From Amoebophrya sp. A120 (Eukaryota; Protista; Dinoflagellata): a stretch of 64,000 bases of DNA. The translations under genes and the position numbers were made by a program. The notes below the pieces were generated by a model. That model was not told where the DNA came from. It did not search any database and saw nothing but the letters and a program-made list of their open reading frames with translations. Positions 56,701-64,000 of this stretch are shown piece after piece; the first letter of the stretch is position 1, and each line of letters begins with the position of its first letter. The stretch spans positions 3,629,320-3,693,319 of the forward strand of contig CAJINV010000004.1 of NCBI GenBank assembly GCA_905178155.1, read 5' to 3'.

Positions 56701-59700
56701 AGAAGAAGCTGCAGGACATCAACGCGGCGGCGGACTTATCCTGTGCAAAAGTATCGTACTAGTATAGATTGCATGACAAATTGAAATTCCCTCAGCATGA
56801 GAAATATAATTTGCAATGCGGATTTACCTTGAGAAAAAAATTTGTAATGCAGGATTGCAATTAGAATTACTACGAGTGCGATACTTTTGCAGTTCATAGG
56901 ACTACCACGGGGAGGTCTCGGACTTAGAGGACTCGCAGAACCGCGACAGTCAGGGCCACCCGATCGAGTTCCCTTTGCTGGAGCACGCGGCCCGGAGCGG
57001 TCACAGCGCGCTGATGCACGCGATCTACAAGCGCCGCGAGGGCGTGGTGCTGAAGATTCTGACGGAGATTTGCCTCCTGATCAAGCGCTGCTCGGTCAAC
57101 AACTGGCAGTACAACGGCGTGAGGGTGGTCGCGAAGGAGCACAGCCGGTATTCCCCCGAATACTGTCCCCCGGGGTCCGCGAGCTTCCCCTCCGGCGGTG
57201 GACTTGTCAATGCCGTCGGAAGTGGAGCTGGTGGTCCTCACAGCGTCAATATCGGACCGTCAATTGTTCCGCAGTACTCCCGCGTGCCGCCGAACGGGGG
57301 GCCAGAGACTTTATACAACGACACGCTGCAGAATGAGCGGTCGTACAAGTGGCCGAATTTGAACGAGCGGTCGCAACACGAGAGGGCCATGCGGGAACAG
57401 AACAAAAACGGTCAGCGAGGTAGTAGCTTTGGCAACAACAACTACCCGGGTGGAGCACATCAACGAAGACAGAAGCACAGCGACGAGCTGTACAACATGT
57501 CGCCGGGGCAACTGGCGCACAACTCGGTCCAGTCCGGCCCGCAGCACGTGGTCACGAGTCACCCCGTGTTTGAACACAACCGACGGGTGTACAAGAAAAA
57601 CCCGATCACCGGGAAGTTGGTCCCGTTAAATCAAAGCTCTCTCGTCACCTCCGCGGTGCTGCAGGTCACAGAACCCGGGTTCGATGACCCGCGGGTGACC
57701 GAAGATTTCTCGGAGTTGCTCGTCTGTCCGAAAGAGACCGATCCCGCGGTGTACCGGAAATTGCTCTTTGATCTACTGAATTTCCGCGACCAGGACGGCC
57801 GGACGTTGTTGTCCGCGGCGTGCTCCATGGGACTCACACGGATTGTCGAGGTGTTACTTGGCGAATTGGACGAGTCCCGCAGCTACAACAGCAACGGAGG
57901 AGTGATACTGTCCAACGCGCTCGCGGCCGCAGCGGGAGGAGACAAGAATGATGATCTTCAGGGTGGAAACCATGACCACAGTAACATCAAAATTCGGTTG
58001 ACGTCGCTGCTCCGGCCCTGCGGGTTTCTGTTCACGGATGATAATGTGAATGCCGTGGATTTGTTCGGGAAAAACGCGTTGCACTACGCGATTGCGCGGA
58101 AAGAGTACGAGATCTGCAACCTCTTGTTCTTCTCCCGCCGGTTTCGAGCCTACAATGACCCGGAGATCGCCCGGTTTTTCGCGGAGCGGCACCACAAGGA
58201 CATCGTCCCGCTGATTCCGCGATTGCTGGCGAACCTGGAGAAGAGAGCGCTGCAGCAGCACAAGGAGGAGAGGAAAGCGCGGGAGAGGATGTTCAAACAG
58301 CAGGTGTTCGGCGCTCCTGGAGGTGGCGGCGGGGTAGAGAAAAGTAGAACTACTTCTACTCGGAATTATCCAAATTCACCTTCCCGAAATCCGCCGCAGC
58401 AGCTCTCCAATCATGGCGGATCGACGAGCAGCAGCCACGGAGGGCTGATTGAGCACATTGGAAGTAGACGCGTTGGGCCGCCGGCTGAATACATCGGAGA
58501 CGACGAGGACGAGGACGACGAACGGCTCGACGAGGACGATGGTGAAATGAGTCCGAATGATGATGAAAACAATTACGATGAGATCGTCGCGGAAGATAGC
58601 GACGCGTTTCTGGAAGAATTGAACCGCCCGGTAGAGGAAACAAGGAACAAATCTCGGAGGTCTTCGGGGACGACGAGTAGAAAAAGCAATTCTAGAAATA
58701 AACAACAAGAAAGCATGTTGCATTCCGTCCCGCAGAACAACTTCCACCAGGCCCGGCCCGCGAACCCCGCGCAGCCGGGGCAGCGCCCGCGCCCGCCCGT
58801 CATGGCGGACTTTGCGCCCGCGCAAGGGGCAGGGCCCACAGAAAGTAACAAGCCGGGACCTCCCCAAGACGATGATGAGCAGATTACCTCCGCTCCGGTT
58901 TCCCCTATTGCGAAACGGCAGGAGGACGATTTCCGGAAGATGCTCACCCCGAAGGGCGGCAGCAACCATCGGGTGTTCAAAGGCGGTGAAATTCTCGACC
59001 CGCCGACAAGTAGAAGAAACTACACGCGCGATAGAGCAGAAGATGAAAGTGCTCCCTTCGAGCCGATCCAGGTGCTCCATGGCGACGATCTGGAGGTGGA
59101 TCCCGCAGGGTCCACTTCCTCCGGTTCCAACTCCGGGCGGAGACCACACGACCATGGCGCTTCTGCAAGAGGGCGCCGGAGGAACAACAACAATCTCACC
59201 CCGGTGCGGGAAAAATCTTCAAGGGGCGAACAAATTATACGGGGGCAGAGGCACGAACACGTGGAGTTCGGGGCCACGCGGTCGTCCGTGGACCCGCGCG
59301 AAATCACGGAGATTGTCGACGACTACGATGATCATGCCCATGACGGTGAGGGCCGGGGGCGAAGAGGATCCCATCATCGGCGACCGAGTTCTGGCGATAG
59401 AGCAGAGCATCATAGGGAAAGACACGGCTCCTCATCGCATCATCACCATCACCACCACCACCACTCTTCTAGGACTCGAACCGGAACACGGTCCCGTACG
59501 CACGAGCACGATCTTCCACCAGAAGCTCCTTCTACAACCGGCCCAGACGGCGTAGAGCAGGCTGCTACAATTACCCGTGATAGCGCCAGCTCTCCACCCA
59601 CGAACAGACACCACAACCCAGCGCAGCAGACGACCAGTAGTTCCAATGCGGACCAAACCTCGTCTAGCTTGACGCTGCCGGCGAGTAGCACGACCGTGTC

Positions 59701-62700
59701 GATGGACCGGACGTTTAGTGAGCTAAACGTAAATAATAACGGGAATAGCAGTAACGCGTTTCATCCAGAACAATCGCATATGGCCGGGGTGCTTGAGGGC
59801 GAAGAGTTTATGGGTCTGGAACAAGTAGGTGGGGATAATAATAGTACAACCAAAGCAACTTCTTCGAGACAGTCCCCCTCGACGACCAGAAACAACAACA
59901 AAACTGGTCCTTCTTCCAGTTTGGATTACGGGAAGGAGCTCACGAAGCAGTGGCAGAACCGCTTGGACCGTCGGCCGAGCCAGGATCTGGACAAATACCG
60001 GGACTACGAATTGACCATGGGATCGCCGAAATCGCGCGCAACCAGACAGAAAATTGCGCAGGACGAAGCGGAAAGATTGGAGCTGGAACGGAGGGAACGG
60101 GAGCAAATGGGCTTGGAGGATGGGGATTTGGAACAAGTCGAGGGGGATCACCACCACGAGATTCCAGCTTCTCGTCCAAGAATATCAACTTCAAGAACAC
60201 GGCATAGAAGGAGTAGAAAAATTTCCGATGATGTCGAAGATAGTACACACTTGCTCGACGAGCATTCCGTCGACAGAGACTCCTATTGCCTGGAAGGCAG
60301 TCACTGCGCCGGCTTCCCGCTCGAGTCGCCCATCGCCCGGATGCACATAGATTTAGGCCGTGAGGAACAGGAGCAAGACAGAAGGAAAAAGAGCCAACAA
60401 AGGAGAAATAAGTCGGTGGAAAATTATGAGCGTGAAAACGCCGACGCCGACGACGACTTTTTCGAGCCGCGGATCGAGCACCACCCGATTTTCCAGCGGA
60501 AGAGAGACGTGGTTGCCGCAGTGAGAGAGGAGGAAAAGCAGCTTTTCGACCAAAAGTTCGAGCAGGCCGGGTGGAGCAAGTTTGAGGGGGAGTACCGGAA
60601 GGCGCACTCGGCGTTGAACGTGCGGATCCCGAGAAGCTCCGCGGACTACGACGAGATCTACCGCATCGACTACGGCGGGGACGTGGTGGAACGGAAGAGC
60701 AGCAACCGCATCACCCAGGAGGAAGAGGATCTCGCGAACGGCTACGACGAGGCTGTGGTGTGTTTTACTAACTCCGATGAAAAGGTGAGCAGAAGAGGGC
60801 ATCATCAGGGTGTAGCAGCTCAACAACATTATCCCCAGAAGATGTCTGAAGGCTTCCTCCGCGCGAAGCAGCAATCGTCTACTTCGCAGCAAATGATGAG
60901 CAATGGTCTACTGCTTCAGAATTACGACGCGATGGCGACGTTGAATGAGGAAGACTATGGCAACGATGTTTTGATCGCTAAGAACATGAAACTGAAGAAA
61001 CTGGTCCCGTATGACAAGAGGAGCGACCAGGTGCACTTGCAGGAAAAGCTAATAGAAAAGCAGCGACTCCGAGCGGCGCAGGAGTTTCTTTCTCCTTCTT
61101 TATCCCAACAGGAGAAGGATCTTCTGCTGCCGGTAAGAACCTCCAGGGAGGGCCACGATGATGACCGATTTCAACAGACCTACGACACCGGCGTTTCCTT
61201 CCGGTCCTCCTTCAACCGCAGCGGAAGCTCCTCGATGTCGGCGGGGAAGGTGGATGATCAAGACCCCAGTGCGACGACCTCTGCGTCGGTTCGGTTCGCG
61301 GATACAAATCAGGGTTTTGCCTCATTTTCCAGTCCCCGCGGGCAAGTGATCCCCGCCGCAAACCCGTTCACCTGCAACCCGAGCGGGTACCAGTACTTGG
61401 GGAAAAAGGACGGGCGCGAGTACTACCTGTCCACCTTGAACGACGACCGGGACTACATCATTGCCTCGAGCACCAAGGTATCAAGTGCAAAAATGTCTGG
61501 GTCTGGAAGAGTCATGCTGTTTCTGCATGACACAGAAGGTCTGGCATGGAAGCTCTAGCATCACAGGTTTCGAGAAGCTTCCGCAATGCCGAACCAGCAT
61601 GACAAGTCCCCCACTTTGGTGACAGAAAGTGGGCAGCTTTTGCTACCTATGCATGAGAGATTTTTGTGTGTTCTGAAATGCGCATCACAGGTTACATCCT
61701 TTCAGACCCAGACATTTTTGCACTTGATACAAGCCGACCGACGTTGACGCGTACGGGAACAGGTTGGCGGAAGCAACAGAAAACGCGAATAGCATCCGGT
61801 ACCAGCAGCCACCTACTTCCCCTGGTGTAGTAGCCCGAGGGAATAAAAGTGGTAACAACAGAGCAACAGGTACTTCTAACAGTGCCGAGGTCCTCGGCAC
61901 ATCAGCGCCGAAGGAGCGGACTTTTCTGTTGAAAGCGCATTTAGAGTCTAACGCGTGGGAAGGGAAGAGGTTCTTGGCAAAGGTGAAAGACACGCCAGTA
62001 GACCGGTTCGCGGATGAGGAAATTCTTGACGTTGTGCCTGACACGTTGAGGAGTGAGGATCATGGGGGTCTGCTACATAAAGAACAGAGAATATTAGGCT
62101 TTTCCGGAGGTAGATCTACTTCGTCACCGACAGCGGCGGGGGGTCAACATCAAATACAGCAGCAGCAGCAGCAAAGCCATTCTCCTTTCGCCGTGTCGAA
62201 ACAGCTGCAGGCCGCGCTGGGCATGGTCCCCGGAGGAGTGAACTACTCTTCCAGAACAGCACCTCACCAGAAGCACGCGTTGCAAATCACCCAGGCGGAC
62301 AACATTAAGGCTCTTCTGCACGACGAGTGCGCCCACGTGGAGCGCGCTCTGGCGATCTTGAATAACCCGGACGCGTGGGTGGACCCCAGGTATTCGAGCG
62401 AACTTTACAAGAAGGCTCTCGAACAACCCGTCGAGATGTACAGCAGGGCCCACATTGCGGACTACGACGACGACGACTACGCGATGTCCGACGGGGATGC
62501 GAATAGCAGTCCGAAGGTGACGAAGCAGTTCGGGAAATACGAGGATTTTGAGGACCCGATGTTTGATAACCTGTTCCAAGACGCCGCGATCGCCCGCACA
62601 AGAACCACTTCCAGCCGGGGACAGCACTTCTCTCCGAAGAATTCGTCCGTAAAACAGAAGCAGAAGAACAAGCAAGTGTCGAAGAAACAGGTTCTCCTCG

Positions 62701-64000
62701 GGGAGTCCCGCTGGCAATACTACGAACCCAACCCGGCCGCGCAGATGAAGTGGCGGCGGCACCCGGACACGGGAAAATTGGTCCCGTTACTGCCGTTCCA
62801 GGACGGGTTTGCGGAGGGGGAAAGCAGTTATGTGGATTTGTTTACAGAGAACGGAACGGAGCTGGACAGAATAAGCCCAGAGCAGCACAAGCAGATGCAG
62901 AGAAGTTTGTTAGAGGAAAACATCTCCAAGCAAATCAACTGGTTCGCGATGCAAAAGTACGCGCTGAAGCACTCACCAACCATGGAAAACGTGCACGCGA
63001 TCGAGAAAAGGTTGAAGTTAAAGCAGGACAAGCAGGCGCTAGCGCAGGAAAGGAGCGACTGGGAACAGAAATTACGGGAGAAGGACGAGGAACGAAAGGG
63101 AAAGTTAATCGTCACGCAGCAACACCAAATGCTGGGGCAGAAAAGTATAATTTATTTAGCTTGCGTTCATCTTTTGATTTGAAGGTTTGCATCTGCTTCT
63201 GGAATTTCTTTCAACATTATCAATGGCATGAGAGGACGACCCGCGGGGCGGTCCATTTTTTACGCATGAGAAGTTCTTTGTTGCGTTCTTTTGATAAACA
63301 TAATCGTCCTATGTGTTGACCTTAACCTTATTCCTGAGCAAACCTACGCCTACGTCCTGAATTTGAAACAAAATCTTCCAACAGGTGAGCGAAGTTTCGG
63401 CGTGGTGCCCACCCACACTCTCCCCGACGCGTTTACCGAGGCGACCTCCACGGGTGCTCCGGACACAAGGAAGGAGGCAGAGGAAAAGTACCGACTGACG
63501 GAGGCCAATGTCGTTTCGAAATACGGTGTCGAAAGCCTGGGGAAGCACGTTGGTGGAACAGAGGACGCCGGTTTTGACAAGCCAAAACAACCAGAAGTAC
63601 TTTTTTCTCACCTGCAAGATTTTTGAAGATGTTGTCGTCTATGACTGCATGATGAACTACAACACCTTGCGAAGAAAATAAGCTAAGCACTCCACTGTAG
63701 CAGGCACGTGTATCAATAATGCAGAAACTTCTTGATTCCTCGGAAACTACAATATCCTTATCTCAATAAAATAATCAGGTCTCCACCCTGTCTCGCAACA
63801 TCGCGAAGCTGTCCCACCGGATTGGCAAGTCGAGTCCGTATTTCAAGGAAAACGAACCGAAGGAAAAAGTGCTAAAGAAGTCCGCCACGCAGGTGATCAT
63901 GGAGAAAATGGAGCAACAGAGGAAGATCGAGGAAGCCAAGCCGCAGGTGGAGTACAAGACGGAGAAGTTTAACTTCACACTGGCGCTCGCGGGCAAAGTG
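53704..64000 (+). CDS. Giant ankyrin-repeat, largely low-complexity protein; 5' exon uncertain, runs off the window
   Basis: Ankyrin motifs DGKTLLHIAVANG, DKRGNSCFLDAI, DQDGRTLLSAAC, DLFGKNALHYAI. ORFs of 1001, 1527 and 472 aa joined by two introners; GT-AG introns 63145-63384 and 63597-63778. Confidence 0.85.
56737..56898. mobile_element. Introner, family E
   Basis: DR GGACT; removal gives NAAADYHGEVSD. Confidence 0.92.
61479..61729. mobile_element. Introner, family A; GT-AG readable through an altered direct repeat
   Basis: DR CAAGG/CAAGC; CAAG|GTATC...ATACAAG|CCG; removal gives STKPTDVDA. Confidence 0.93.

Noticed and set aside
59437-59465. Poly-His tract in the ankyrin protein as a metal-binding module
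   Set aside because: Part of a generally low-complexity disordered region with no specific support.
2137-61729. Recurrent peptides in the ORF track ([45 protein letters not shown]) suggesting a repeated protein domain
   Set aside because: They are six-frame translations of the family-A TIR, not proteins.
1496-64000. Stop-codon reassignment or widespread pseudogenisation as the cause of fragmented ORFs
   Set aside because: In-frame stops fall inside introners or introns. Exons read cleanly in the standard code and end in TAA, TAG or TGA.
1-64000. Autonomous transposase or reverse transcriptase for the introners
   Set aside because: No ORF with recognisable DDE, HUH, tyrosine recombinase or RT motifs in the window.

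Overview
Eukaryotic, intron-rich DNA with every recognisable gene on the + strand. The architecture strongly suggests the parasitic syndinian dinoflagellate Amoebophrya (inference). Genes in order: PIBF1/CEP90 homologue (5' part outside the window), coiled-coil/WW protein, small membrane protein, hypothetical protein, pepsin-family aspartic protease, voltage-gated K+ channel, eIF2-gamma, GH31 glycosidase, a large beta-helix protein, a 35-aa Met/Lys microprotein, a tandemly duplicated coiled-coil gene and a giant ankyrin protein running off the end. The dominant system is a set of at least 33 transposon-like, mostly non-canonical introns (introners) of several terminal-inverted-repeat (TIR) families. 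They follow one rule: 5-bp direct repeat, TAT-TIR ... TIR-ATA, 5-bp direct repeat. Removing the element plus one repeat copy restores the reading frame in every case I traced. Further observations: (1) an internal GCAT(G/C/T)ACAA motif shared across unrelated families; (2) stepwise conversion of introners into GT-AG introns; (3) a poly(A) retroposon nested on that motif; (4) a hairpin-rich cargo of at least 1.4 kb inside another introner; (5) two multi-kb blocks flanked by ~180-bp duplications of the sequence just after a stop codon. No transposase, rRNA, tRNA or CRISPR was found. Coordinates were counted by eye and may be off by a few bases.
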